Source of the DNA: Actinomycetota bacterium
Lineage (GTDB): Bacteria; Actinomycetota; Geothermincolia; Fen-727; Anoxymicrobiaceae
Length of the DNA stretch: 64,000 nucleotides
Direction of reading: 5' to 3'
Assembly (NCBI GenBank): GCA_018831265.1
Contig: JAHJCO010000059.1
Span: forward strand, 76,708-140,707
A model generated the notes under the pieces. The model had not been told where the DNA came from. It ran no database searches and saw only the letters and a program-made list of their open reading frames with translations. Positions 8,389-18,079 of this stretch are shown here, one piece after another; the stretch's first letter is position 1; each line of letters starts with the position of its first letter. The position numbers and the translations under genes are program-made.

Positions 8389-9399
8389 ATGGATGAATCT
8401 GATATCTTCAAGGAAGAAGGATACGAGCTCGCCGAGCGCCTGGCGGACGACTGCTGGGGTGAGCTTCATCGCGCCGTGTACCTGCCGCACCGCCGGGAGG
8501 TTCTTTTTCGGCGGTTCCCCTCCGTTCTGGGCGAGGACCCCGACGCCTGGTCGCTCGCCGAGGCCGAGATAAAGGCCTGGGCGCGGCTGGACCATCCGGG
8601 CATCCTGCAGGCCCTGGACTGGGGACTCACCGGCTCGGGGCCGTTTCTCGCCAGCGAGATGCCGGCCGGCCTCCAACTGGCACAGTGCCTGGATTCGGGT
8701 GAGGCCCCCGGCTACGAGGAGCTCTTCGGGCCGCTACTGGAGGCGGTCGAGCACGCGCGGCGGCTGGGGGCGCTGCACCTCGGCCTGAGCCCGCGGAACG
8801 TCTGGGTCGCACGCGGCGAGGGTGCCTGTCGCGTGCAGGTCGCCGAGTTCGGCCTGTGGTACGTCTGCCGGCGGTTCCCCGACGCCCTGCCCACCGACGA
8901 CGCCTTCCTGGCTCCCGAGCAGCACGGGGAGGGGAAGGCGAGCGCTGCGAGCGACGTCTACTCGCTGGGGCTGCTGCTGGCCTCCGTGGTGGCGGGCGGA
9001 AGCGGTCCCGACCGGGCAGGGGATCGATCAGGCATCGTGGACGCCCACTTCGAAGGCCCTCCCGAGCTGGCTTCCGTGGTGGCGTGCTGCCTGTCCGAGC
9101 AGCCCCTGGCCCGCTACGCGACCGCCGGAGAGCTGGCCGGGGCGCTGGGGCTGTCAACGGAGCCGCATGAAGACGACGCAGGCGAGTGCCCGATATGCAG
9201 GCTGAAAGACGAGATCGGGGTCCGTCCCTTCGAGGGCCGTTCTACCTCAGAGGCTGGTAGATCTGAGGATAGCGATCCTCATCATGTGACGACGTTTCGT
9301 GCATCGACTTCGAAGGGTCTTCCAGGCCGCTACGCCTGGCTCATGATCGCCGCACTCGCGCTGGCTACGTTGCTGGTCTGGTGGGCCGCGTTCCGGTAG
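8389..9399 (+). CDS. Membrane-anchored protein-kinase-like pseudokinase
   Basis: Kinase fold motifs present but degenerate: HLGLSPRN (HRD Asp->Gly), EFG for DFG, no VAIK lysine or Gly-loop; APE and 'DVYSLG' retained; C-terminal TM helix. Confidence 0.6.
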   Translation: MDESDIFKEEGYELAERLADDCWGELHRAVYLPHRREVLFRRFPSVLGEDPDAWSLAEAEIKAWARLDHPGILQALDWGLTGSGPFLASEMPAGLQLAQCLDSGEAPGYEELFGPLLEAVEHARRLGALHLGLSPRNVWVARGEGACRVQVAEFGLWYVCRRFPDALPTDDAFLAPEQHGEGKASAASDVYSLGLLLASVVAGGSGPDRAGDRSGIVDAHFEGPPELASVVACCLSEQPLARYATAGELAGALGLSTEPHEDDAGECPICRLKDEIGVRPFEGRSTSEAGRSEDSDPHHVTTFRASTSKGLPGRYAWLMIAALALATLLVWWAAFR

Positions 9400-9466
9400 G
9401 GCCGCGACTCCAGTCGACGGCGCGTGTGGTGGTCTGGATCCCACCGCAGGCAGTCGAGTCTATGTC

Positions 9467-9500
9467 TACAGATAGATTGACATATCTGTTTACATATCGT
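9467..9500. promoter_or_regulatory. Putative TA promoter/operator: inverted repeat ACAGATA-N8-TATCTGT overlapping a TTGACA -35 hexamer, plus direct repeat ACATATC x2
   Basis: acagatagattgacatatctgtttacatatcg ~40 bp upstream of the antitoxin start. Confidence 0.4.
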
Positions 9501-9539
9501 AGCCTGAGTTCGAACCCACTCGGACTCGGGGAGGTCACC

Positions 9540-9797
9540 ATGGCCCAGGCAGCATGGGCGAATGTGCGAATAAAGAAGGAGACCAAGAGCATCTTGGACG
9601 AGATGGCACATGAACTGGACATCTCGCAGGGCGCGGTGATCGAGTTCGCACTCGACCGACTCAGGCGGCAGCGGATATTGGAATCAGCCGCGGCGGCTTA
9701 CGATCGTATGCGCGAGGATCCTGAGGCCGCTCAGGCCTTCGATGAGGAGATGGAAGCGTGGGACCATATTCCTGACGAAGGCTTGGAGAACGTATGA
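9540..9797 (+). CDS. RHH-type antitoxin (MazE/PemI-like)
   Basis: GGGAGG RBS; beta-strand + helix pattern 'NVRIKKETKSILDEMAHELDISQGAVIEFAL'; 4-bp ATGA overlap with the toxin gene. Confidence 0.6.
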   Translation: MAQAAWANVRIKKETKSILDEMAHELDISQGAVIEFALDRLRRQRILESAAAAYDRMREDPEAAQAFDEEMEAWDHIPDEGLENV

Positions 9798-10171
9798 CCA
9801 GGTATGGAGCCGCAAGGCCGGCCAGGCCCGACAAGGTCGAACGTGGCCAGATCTGGATTGTCGACTTCGAGCCCGTTCTTGGCAAGGAGATGAACAAGGA
9901 GAGGCCGGCGCTTGTCCTTTCATCTGATATCCTGAACTCGAGCGGCTGGCGGCTGGCAACAGTTATCCCCTTTTCAACGAAACGCATGGAAGGCAACGAA
10001 TTGCGCCTGGAGGTAAGACCGCCTCTTGGAGGCCTTCGCGAAACGAGCTTCGCCGTCTGTGACTATCTAAGGACGATTTCGCAGGCGCGCCTCATGAGCT
10101 ATCTCGGTCGCCTTCCCGCGGGATTGATCTCCGAGATCGGTGAAAGGGTTCGAATATCCCTGGAGATATAG
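9794..10171 (+). CDS. MazF/PemK-family toxin endoribonuclease
   Basis: 'GQIWIVDFEPVLGKEMNKERPALVLS' signature of PemK/MazF. Confidence 0.85.
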   Translation: MTRYGAARPARPDKVERGQIWIVDFEPVLGKEMNKERPALVLSSDILNSSGWRLATVIPFSTKRMEGNELRLEVRPPLGGLRETSFAVCDYLRTISQARLMSYLGRLPAGLISEIGERVRISLEI

Positions 10172-10247
10172 ATCGCCTCCGACCTCTCTCCTGACACGTA
10201 GGTGACCGGCCCCTGCTTCCCACAGACAAGGTGGCTGACCCGGCGTT

Positions 10248-11042
10248 TCAGATCGGCGCGCTACCCATCTTCCGGGCCTCGAAGGTGGCGAGCTCCGTGT
10301 ACCCGGCCGAGCGGACCAGCTGCAGCGCACGGTCGAAGTCGCGCCCGACGTCCTCGGGGCTGTGAGAGTCCGACCCCAGGGTGACCGGCACCTCCAGCTC
10401 GGCGGCGATACGCACGAACTCGGGCTCCGGGTACATCTCCGCGACCGGCCAGCGCAGCCCCGCCGTGTTTATCTCGTAGCACATCCCGGCCGCCTTCACC
10501 TTCTCCAGCAGGCTTCGGTAGTGGGGCCGCAGGTCGATGGATGCGCGCATGTCGAACTTCTTGGCCAGGTCGGCGTGGGCGACGATGTCGTAGAGGCCGG
10601 TCTGCACCATGGACCCGACGGCGTACAGGTATTCCGCGTAAAACTCGTCCAGGTCTATGTCGCGGTAGCGGTCCAGGTTGCGCGGGTCGTCGAATATCCA
10701 GCCGTCCAGCACGTGTACGGAGCCTATGATGTAGTCCCACGGGTAGGCTTCCATCATGACGACGCGCTCCTCCATGGTGGCCGCGTCGTAGTCGGCCTCG
10801 ATCCCCAGGCGCACGGTTATCCGCCCCGCGAAGCGCTTCTTGAGCCCCAGCACCTGCTCCACGTACAGGGGCAGCTGCTCACGTGCCATCGCCAGATCGG
10901 GGTTTTCGTCGTACAGCAGTGGCATGTGGTCCGCGATGCCGATCTCGGCGAAGCCCTTGTCGATGGCGGCCTCCACCAGCTCGTCCAGCGTCCCGCGGGC
11001 GTGACCGCAGAGCGCCGTGTGCACGTGGTAGTCGAAGATCAC
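10248..11042 (-). CDS. hisK: Histidinol-phosphatase, PHP family
   Basis: N-terminal 'DYHVHT', PHP metal ligands, HisJ/HisK-family length and motifs. Confidence 0.8.
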   Translation of the reverse strand: MIFDYHVHTALCGHARGTLDELVEAAIDKGFAEIGIADHMPLLYDENPDLAMAREQLPLYVEQVLGLKKRFAGRITVRLGIEADYDAATMEERVVMMEAYPWDYIIGSVHVLDGWIFDDPRNLDRYRDIDLDEFYAEYLYAVGSMVQTGLYDIVAHADLAKKFDMRASIDLRPHYRSLLEKVKAAGMCYEINTAGLRWPVAEMYPEPEFVRIAAELEVPVTLGSDSHSPEDVGRDFDRALQLVRSAGYTELATFEARKMGSAPI

Positions 11043-11743
11043 TCCTCGCTCCCCTCGCCTATCCTGTCTATCAACGCCCTCTTCGCTATCTCGAACTCCT
11101 CCTCGGTGAGGACCCCGCGGCCCCGCATGGCGTCCAGCCTTTCGATCTGGTCCACTATCTCCGAGTAGATCGGCGGGCGCTCCGGGGGGAGCGGCGCCAT
11201 CTCGGAGGTCGGCTGGACCTTGTTGATCTCGCGTGCCGTCTTGAGCGCCAGCTCGTCCGCGTCAAGCACAGGGGACCCCGTCCCGGCAGGATGCGCCTGC
11301 TCCAGTATGTCAGCCCGCAGCCGGTCCGGGTGCGGGACGTCGAAGAACGCCTGCCTCACAGACCCCTGCGAGTCCTGCACCAGGAGGTCTCCCATGCGCA
11401 GCAACCGCCCGAGTACGAGCTGGTAAGATGCCACGTTCTGGATGCTCGACACCGGCACCTCGCGAGAGTGGCGCCTGAGCAGGCCGGACTGGTAGATCAG
11501 CCGCCGGTTTGTGAGGACCAGGCTGGTTCGCATCCGCTCGAGCACTCGCCACAGGAAGAACAGCCAGGTCCCCAGGACCACGACCAGCCCCACTATGACC
11601 AGCCACTTCTGCGCGCCGAACCCGATCATGAGGATTATCCAGCCCGCCAGCGAGAACGTCGCGACCACACCTGAGGGTACCAGGACCCAGGGGTGGTGGC
11701 GCGTCTCGAAGACGATCTCTTCGCTTTCGCCCAGCGCGGGCAT
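11039..11743 (-). CDS. Membrane PH-domain (YdbS/bPH_2-like) protein with C-terminal SHOCT domain
   Basis: Two TM helices then 'LVLTNRRLIYQSG'; C-terminal 'GVLTEEEFEIAKRALIDRI' SHOCT; the track ORF's N-terminal extension to 11908 is unsupported. Confidence 0.55.
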   Translation of the reverse strand: MPALGESEEIVFETRHHPWVLVPSGVVATFSLAGWIILMIGFGAQKWLVIVGLVVVLGTWLFFLWRVLERMRTSLVLTNRRLIYQSGLLRRHSREVPVSSIQNVASYQLVLGRLLRMGDLLVQDSQGSVRQAFFDVPHPDRLRADILEQAHPAGTGSPVLDADELALKTAREINKVQPTSEMAPLPPERPPIYSEIVDQIERLDAMRGRGVLTEEEFEIAKRALIDRIGEGSEE

Positions 11744-11949
11744 ACTATGCTTCAAAGGGCCTCCAAGCGGTCTCGAAGAATAGTTATGCACGCCTCGCGG
11801 GTTACCCTGCCGTGAACGCGGCATCGAGGCGGTTCGTCGAAAAACAAGTGCCTTGCGCGTACACTTGGAAGTACATCGCGGAAGCGAACAAATGACAAGA
11901 AACGACACGTGCCTGGCAATAGCAATACGATGCGGGAATGAGTTCGAGG

Positions 11950-11998
11950 ACTAATACTCAGGAGCTAAAGTGCCAGGCACCTTAGCCGACAAGTATTA
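11950..11998. repeat. Palindromic element, family 2 (CTAATAC...GTGCCAGGCAC...GTATTAG)
   Basis: Near-identical copy at 53785-53824. Confidence 0.65.
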
Positions 11999-12014
11999 GC
12001 AAATACGATGCGGG

Positions 12015-13382
12015 ATGACGATGAGTACGAAGAAAAGATTGAAGAGGCTGGATGACAGCGGTGGGCCGCGGCGCCGTCCGAGGTCCAGGCCCGCCGAGCC
12101 CGGCGTCCCGCTGGAGCAGGTGGAGCCCACCGTGTACCGGAGGAAGCGCCGGCGCTGGCCGAAGATACTGCTGCTATCGGTGATAGTGCTTCTCCTCGTC
12201 TTCATCGGCCTGGGCATCTGGGGCTATGCCTGGATGAAGTCCAAGGAGTCCCGCATGCGCGAGGCCGGCGTCGCCGAGGCGCTGGACCCGGTGCGCCCCG
12301 GGCAGCCTGTCACGACACTCATCATGGGGGTCGACAAGGGAAGCGTACCCGGCGAGACCGGCAACTACCGTACCGACATCATGATGCTGGTCAGCGTCAA
12401 GCCGGGCGAGAAGAAGTCCGCGGTCATCTCCATCCCCCGCGACACCATGATCACCATACCCGGACACGGCACCCAGAAGATAAACGCCGCCAACGCCTTC
12501 GGGGGCCCACCGCTCGCCATCGAGACGGTCAGGCGGTTCACCGGCCTGGACGTCAACCACTACGTGCTGATGGACTTCGAGGGCTTCAAGGGGATAGTGG
12601 ACGCGGTCGGCGGCGTGAAGATGCACGTCGACGCGGAGATCCACGACCAGTATGCCGGCGACGTCCCCGCCGGGGACCAGGTGCTGGACGGCAACACCGC
12701 GCTCGCGTTCGTCCGCGCCCGGCACGACCCCGACTCGGTACCCGAGGGCGACCTGTCCCGTGTCGAGAACCAGCGCAAGTTCTTCCAGGCGATGCTGTCC
12801 ACCGTCTCCCACGTCCGCAACCCGTTCAAGCTCATGAAGGTGGTGGATGTCGCCTCCAAGAACATAAAGACCGACCTCACCTTCCTGCAGATGCTCTCCC
12901 TGGGCCGCAAGCTGCAGGGGGCGGGCGACCAGATGCAGATGGCCACCGTGCCCGGCACCCCGAAGTACACAAAAGGGGGCTGGTACTACATCGTCGACGA
13001 GGACGCCTTCCGGCAGATGCTGGAGACGTTCATGAGTTCGCAGGAGGTCCCGTCCCAGCCCGAGGCAGAAAGCGAATCGAGCAGCGATCAGAGGGCAGGA
13101 ATAAAGGTCGCGGTGTTGAACGGGACGGATGTCACCGGGCTCGCGGCGAAGGTCGCCGCCGAGCTCGGCAAGGCGGGTTACGGGGGGGTCAACACCGGCA
13201 ACGCCGAGGACGCGTACAGCAGGACTACTGTATACTATGCCCCGGGCGAAAGCTCGAAGGCGGGACTGGTGGCCTCGGACCTCGAGGGGGCCAGGGAGCC
13301 CGTGATCGAGGAAGGCGCCGGCGTCACCTCCGACCACGACGCGACGGTGGTCGTGGTCCTGGGCTCGGACTACAGGCACTAG
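12015..13382 (+). CDS. LCP family (LytR-CpsA-Psr) cell-envelope phosphotransferase with LytR_C domain
   Basis: N-terminal basic region + TM helix; LCP core ('RTDIMMLVSV', 'ISIPRDT'); C-terminal LytR_C. Confidence 0.85.
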   Translation: MTMSTKKRLKRLDDSGGPRRRPRSRPAEPGVPLEQVEPTVYRRKRRRWPKILLLSVIVLLLVFIGLGIWGYAWMKSKESRMREAGVAEALDPVRPGQPVTTLIMGVDKGSVPGETGNYRTDIMMLVSVKPGEKKSAVISIPRDTMITIPGHGTQKINAANAFGGPPLAIETVRRFTGLDVNHYVLMDFEGFKGIVDAVGGVKMHVDAEIHDQYAGDVPAGDQVLDGNTALAFVRARHDPDSVPEGDLSRVENQRKFFQAMLSTVSHVRNPFKLMKVVDVASKNIKTDLTFLQMLSLGRKLQGAGDQMQMATVPGTPKYTKGGWYYIVDEDAFRQMLETFMSSQEVPSQPEAESESSSDQRAGIKVAVLNGTDVTGLAAKVAAELGKAGYGGVNTGNAEDAYSRTTVYYAPGESSKAGLVASDLEGAREPVIEEGAGVTSDHDATVVVVLGSDYRH

Positions 13383-13435
13383 TACTGAGCGAAGTCCCTC
13401 CTCCACGGTCCGCTCACACCCGAAAGGTGGCACTC

Positions 13436-13882
13436 ATGGAGCAGATCAAGGTACGCGCCACGGGGCCGGAAGACCTCCAGAGGGAGATGGAGCGCTTCTT
13501 CGAGCACCTGGGACGGTGGAAGAGGCCCGTCTTCTTCTTCGAGAAGGCGTGGAAGCCGCTCTGCGACGTCTCCGAGACCGGCGTCGACCTCGTGGTGGTG
13601 GTCGAGCTTCCGGGGGTCACCCCCGAGAACGTGCACATCGAGGTCCATGGCAGCACCCTGATGCTCCGGGGCATCCGCCGGGAGCCCCCCAGCGCCCCAC
13701 GCAGGAACTATCACCTGATGGAGATAAGCTACGGCGTCTTCGAGCGCGAGATATCGCTGCCCATCGAGGTGGACGCGGACAACGCCCGCGCGGTCTTCGT
13801 GGACGGCTTCCTGGAGATACGGCTGCCGAAGGTCGCCGCGCCGCTCCGGAAGGAGGTCGATATCAATGTGCCCTCCGAGTGA
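13436..13882 (+). CDS. Hsp20/alpha-crystallin small heat-shock protein
   Basis: Alpha-crystallin domain ('DVSETGVDLVVVVELPGV...EVHGSTLMLRG','AVFVDGFLEIRLPK'). Confidence 0.85.
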   Translation: MEQIKVRATGPEDLQREMERFFEHLGRWKRPVFFFEKAWKPLCDVSETGVDLVVVVELPGVTPENVHIEVHGSTLMLRGIRREPPSAPRRNYHLMEISYGVFEREISLPIEVDADNARAVFVDGFLEIRLPKVAAPLRKEVDINVPSE

Positions 13883-16472
13883 TTCCTCCGATGACAGCAA
13901 GCCGGAGGTGCCCGCCGAGGGGAATCCTCCAGAGGAGCAACCCGCCGGGAATTCTGTGGAGGAGGCACCCGCCGGGGGGAATCCCACCGAGGAGCAGCCC
14001 ACGGTGATCGAGGCCGAGTCCGCGCCGTCCGCCGGCGAGCGGGAGGAGAGCGGAACCCCGGTCGACAAGATAGAGATCGCCTCCGAGCTCCCCATCATGC
14101 CCCTGACGGACACCGTGATATACCCGCACATCGTAGCGCCGCTGCTGGTCACCGAGGAGCCTCTGATCAAGCTGATCGACGACGCCCTGGCCGGAGACCG
14201 CATCGTCGGCGTGGTGACCGCGAAGGTCGAGGTGGAGGACGAGGTCATACCCACGCCCGAGCAGCTCTACGAGGTGGGCTCGGCCGTCGCCGTGGCGCGC
14301 ATGTTCAAGCTGCCCGACGGCAAGATGCAACTGCTGGTACAGGGCATCGCGCGCATCAGGGTCAATGAGTACTCGCAGACCCAACCGTACCTGCGCGCCT
14401 CGGTCGAGAAGCTCACCGACAGGATCGAGGACGGCGTCGAGACAGAGGGGCTGGCGCGCAACGCGCTCAACCTCTTCCGGCAGATCGTCAACCTGGCGCC
14501 CTACCTCCCCGACGAGATGTTCGTCGCCGCGATGAACGTGGGCGACCCCAACGACCTGGCCGACTTCCTGGCCGCAAACATCAACCTGGATACCAACCAG
14601 AAGCAGGAGATCCTGGAGGAGCTGGACGTAAAGGAGCGGCTGCGCAGGCTGACCGTCTTCCTCAACCACGAGGTCGAGGTCCTGGAGATAGGCTCCCGCA
14701 TACAGGACCAGGTGCAGTCCGAGCTGGGCAAGGGGCAGAGGGAGTTCTACCTGCGCGAGCAGCTCAAGGCCATCCAGAAGGAGCTGGGCGAGCTCGACGA
14801 GAAGAGCATGGAGATCAACGAGATCCGAGAGGCCATCGACGAGTCCGGCATGCCCGAGGAGGCCCGCAAGGAGGCCGAGCGAGAGCTGGACCGCCTGGCC
14901 AACATGCCCGCCGCGGCTGCGGAGTACACGGTCGCGCGCACCTACCTGGACTGGATGGTCAACCTCCCCTGGCAGAAGAGCACCGAGGACAACCTGGACG
15001 TCAAGCGCGCCGCGCGCATCCTGGACGAGGACCACTACGACCTGGAGAAGGTCAAGGAGCGCATAGTCGAGTACCTGGCGGTGCGCAACATCAAGGAGGA
15101 CACCAAGGGGCCCATCCTCTGCTTCGTAGGCCCGCCCGGGGTCGGCAAGACATCGCTGGGTCACTCCATCGCGCGCGCCCTGGGGCGCACCTTCCACCGT
15201 ATCTCGCTTGGCGGGGTGCGGGACGAGGCGGAGATCCGCGGGCACAGGCGCACCTACGTGGGGGCGCTTCCCGGGCGCATCATCCAGGGACTGCGCAAGG
15301 CCGGCACCAACAACCCGGTGTTCATGCTGGACGAGGTGGACAAGCTGGGAGTGGACTTCCGCGGGGACCCGGCCGCGGCGTTGCTGGAGGTGCTGGACCC
15401 TGAGCAGAACCACTCCTTCTCCGACCATTACCTGGACGTGGCCTTCGACCTGTCCACGGTGATGTTCATCACCACGGCGAACATCCTGTTCACCATCCCC
15501 CCGGCGCTGCTGGACCGCATGGAGGTGCTGGAGCTCCCCGGCTATACCGAGCCGGAGAAGGTGATGATCGCCAGGCAGTTCCTGGTGCCGAGGCAGGTGG
15601 AGGAGCACGGCCTGACCGGGCACGAGGTGGAGGTCGAGGACGGCGCCCTGCACGGCATCATCCGCAACTACACCCGCGAGGCCGGGGTGCGCAACCTGGA
15701 GCGCGAGATCGCCGGCACCCTGCGCAAGGTGGCGAGGAAGGTCGCCGAGGGAGAGAAGGGGCCGTTCAAGATTACCGCGGACGACCTGCACGAGATGCTG
15801 GGCCCCATCAAGTTCCGCCTGGACGTCATAGAGCAGGCGGACGAGGTGGGCGTGGCCACCGGGCTGGCCTGGACCGAGGTCGGTGGCGACGTGCTGTTCG
15901 TCGAGGCCGAGTCGTTCCCCGGCAAGGGCAACCTCTCCCTGACCGGCAAGCTGGGCGAGGTGATGCAGGAGAGCGCGCGGGCCGCCGTGACCTACGCCCG
16001 GGCGAACTCGGAAGCCCTTGGTATCTCGCCCGACTTCTTCGAGAAGAACGATATCCACATCCACGTGCCGGCGGGCGCGATTCCAAAGGACGGCCCCAGC
16101 GCGGGCGTGACCATGGCCGCGGCGCTGGTCTCGGCGGCGACCGAGAAGCCCCTGGTGAAGGACATCGCCATGACCGGCGAGGTGACGCTGCGGGGCAAGG
16201 TCCTTCCGGTGGGCGGCATCAAGGAGAAGGTCCTGGCGGCGCACAGGGCCGGCGTGAAGAAGGTGATCCTCCCCGAGGACAACGAGAAGGACCTGGAGGA
16301 GGTACCCGACTTCGTAAAGCAGGATATGCAGTTCTCCTTCGTCACCAACGTGAGCGAGGTGATCTCCGAAGTGCTGAAAGACGGGAGCAGGAGTGAGCCC
16401 GGTGGGGCGGGGAAGGGCAAGGCGGGCGGGGGAAAAGGCACCGGTGAGGCATCAGCGGGTGAAGGTGCCTAG
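13866..16472 (+). CDS. lon: ATP-dependent Lon protease
   Basis: Lon N-domain; AAA+ Walker A 'GPPGVGKTS'; protease Ser-Lys dyad 'KDGPSAGVT...K'. Confidence 0.95.
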   Translation: MCPPSDSSDDSKPEVPAEGNPPEEQPAGNSVEEAPAGGNPTEEQPTVIEAESAPSAGEREESGTPVDKIEIASELPIMPLTDTVIYPHIVAPLLVTEEPLIKLIDDALAGDRIVGVVTAKVEVEDEVIPTPEQLYEVGSAVAVARMFKLPDGKMQLLVQGIARIRVNEYSQTQPYLRASVEKLTDRIEDGVETEGLARNALNLFRQIVNLAPYLPDEMFVAAMNVGDPNDLADFLAANINLDTNQKQEILEELDVKERLRRLTVFLNHEVEVLEIGSRIQDQVQSELGKGQREFYLREQLKAIQKELGELDEKSMEINEIREAIDESGMPEEARKEAERELDRLANMPAAAAEYTVARTYLDWMVNLPWQKSTEDNLDVKRAARILDEDHYDLEKVKERIVEYLAVRNIKEDTKGPILCFVGPPGVGKTSLGHSIARALGRTFHRISLGGVRDEAEIRGHRRTYVGALPGRIIQGLRKAGTNNPVFMLDEVDKLGVDFRGDPAAALLEVLDPEQNHSFSDHYLDVAFDLSTVMFITTANILFTIPPALLDRMEVLELPGYTEPEKVMIARQFLVPRQVEEHGLTGHEVEVEDGALHGIIRNYTREAGVRNLEREIAGTLRKVARKVAEGEKGPFKITADDLHEMLGPIKFRLDVIEQADEVGVATGLAWTEVGGDVLFVEAESFPGKGNLSLTGKLGEVMQESARAAVTYARANSEALGISPDFFEKNDIHIHVPAGAIPKDGPSAGVTMAAALVSAATEKPLVKDIAMTGEVTLRGKVLPVGGIKEKVLAAHRAGVKKVILPEDNEKDLEEVPDFVKQDMQFSFVTNVSEVISEVLKDGSRSEPGGAGKGKAGGGKGTGEASAGEGA

Positions 16473-17916
16473 CGGTCCTCGGGACCGGCTGGACAGGGTC
16501 TTCAAGCCGCGCTCCGTCGCGTTCTACGGGGCGTCCAACGACCCGCTCACCATGGGGACCGGCCAGCTCGCCAACCTCATCCTCCAGGGGTACCAGGGAG
16601 CCATCTACCCTGTCCACCCCACCGAGCAGACCGTGCTGGGCCTGCCGGCCTACCCCGACATCGAGCACGTCCCGGAGACCCCCGACCTGGTGGTGATGGT
16701 CCTGCCCACCGGGATAGTGGCAAGGCTGCTGGACGACTGCGGGCGCGCGGGGGTGCGGGCGGCGGTGGTGGTGTCGGGCGGGTTCCGCGAAGTGGGTGGG
16801 CGCGGGGTGGAACTGGAGCGGGAGCTGGCCGAGGTGGTGGAGAGGCACGGGATAGCCCTCATCGGGCCGAACTGCATCGGGGTATCCAACTTCCACGTCG
16901 GTCTGAACACGACCTACTTCCCCTATCAGCAGGAGCCCGGCGGGGTGACGATCATCAGCCAGAGCGGGACCTACTCCTGCCACGTCTACGGGTTCACACG
17001 GAAGCTGGGCGTGCGCCTGAGCCATACCGTGAGCGTGGGCAACTCGCTGGCGACCGACCTCGCCGACTGCATCCGCTACTTCGCCGACGACCCCGAGACC
17101 AGGGTGATCGCGCTCTACATAGAGGGTATCCCCGAGGGGGAGAAGTTCATGGAGGCGGCGCGCTACGCGGTGGCGAGGAAACCCGTGGTGGCGCTGTACG
17201 TGGGCGGGACCGGCGCCGGGGCCCGGGCCGGGATGTCCCACACGGGCGCGATGGCGGGGGACGACGACATCTACTCCGGGATGCTGCGCCAGGCGGGCAT
17301 CCTGCGCGCATATACGATTGAGGAGATGCTGGACTGGTCCTGGGCGCTGGAGACGCAAACGCCCCCGCGGGGCAGGCGCACCTGCGTACTGACCAACTCG
17401 GGGGGCCCGGGGGCCAGCATGGCCGACACCTGCGTAAGGGCCGGGCTGGAGGTGCCGGTGCTCTCCGACGGCCTGCAGGAGAAGCTGCGCGTACACCTGC
17501 CGTTCACCGCGGCGAGCGTGAACCCGGTGGACATCACCTTCCACATGAACATCAAGGACATCTACGACCGGCTGCCCCGCCTGCTGCTGGAGAGCGGCGA
17601 GATAGACGGCATAGTGATGTACGGGGCGTTCGGCTCGATGCTGTTCCGCATGATGCAGGAGGCGATGGGGGAGCGCGTCCAGTACCCGGTGGAGCGGGTG
17701 GCGCCGATTATCCTGGAGATGGTCCAGCGGTTCACGGGCCTGCCGGGCGAGTACGGCATGCCGATCGTGATGTCATCGTTCTGGGGGCGCGACGACGAGG
17801 CCCTCGAGTACATGTCCGACCACGGCATCCCGGTGTACCCCAGCCCCGAGCGCGCGGTGATGGCCATGGCCGCCCTCTACCACCGCGGCACCGTCCTCGA
17901 CAAGGCCGTTGACTGA
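16459..17916 (+). CDS. CoA-binding acyl-CoA synthetase (NDP-forming)-family protein (alpha-domain type)
   Basis: 'VAFYGASNDP' CoA-binding Rossmann start; 'IGPNCIG', 'SQSGTYSCHVYG'; probable GTG start within the lon 3' end. Confidence 0.65.
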   Translation: MKVPSGPRDRLDRVFKPRSVAFYGASNDPLTMGTGQLANLILQGYQGAIYPVHPTEQTVLGLPAYPDIEHVPETPDLVVMVLPTGIVARLLDDCGRAGVRAAVVVSGGFREVGGRGVELERELAEVVERHGIALIGPNCIGVSNFHVGLNTTYFPYQQEPGGVTIISQSGTYSCHVYGFTRKLGVRLSHTVSVGNSLATDLADCIRYFADDPETRVIALYIEGIPEGEKFMEAARYAVARKPVVALYVGGTGAGARAGMSHTGAMAGDDDIYSGMLRQAGILRAYTIEEMLDWSWALETQTPPRGRRTCVLTNSGGPGASMADTCVRAGLEVPVLSDGLQEKLRVHLPFTAASVNPVDITFHMNIKDIYDRLPRLLLESGEIDGIVMYGAFGSMLFRMMQEAMGERVQYPVERVAPIILEMVQRFTGLPGEYGMPIVMSSFWGRDDEALEYMSDHGIPVYPSPERAVMAMAALYHRGTVLDKAVD

Positions 17917-18079
17917 AAGTCCCCGAAAGCCGGATCCAAGGTCTCACACACTGACTGGCGACTCAATATCGCCTGCAATGCTGTGCTGCACGCGGCTACG
18001 GCAGCGCTCGCTGCCTGTGGTTACCGTGCCGTCCGTTTGTGAGATGGCGCTATGAGATTGGGTCTGACCCCTCGGTGTG

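Noticed and set aside
13863-16244. 793-aa antisense ORF opposite lon (similar long antisense ORFs at 998-2455, 12174-13433, 35187-37244, 50449-52011 upstream part, 58517-60145, 60302-61960, 62854-63951)
   Set aside because: Low-complexity Arg/Gly/Pro-rich translations without domains, each opposite a gene with clear motifs. These are typical stop-codon-poor antisense frames of a ~65% GC genome.
16393-16458. ATG at 16393 as the start of the CoA-binding protein
   Set aside because: It lies inside the lon coding region. A GTG at ~16459 just before lon's stop gives a conventional short overlap.
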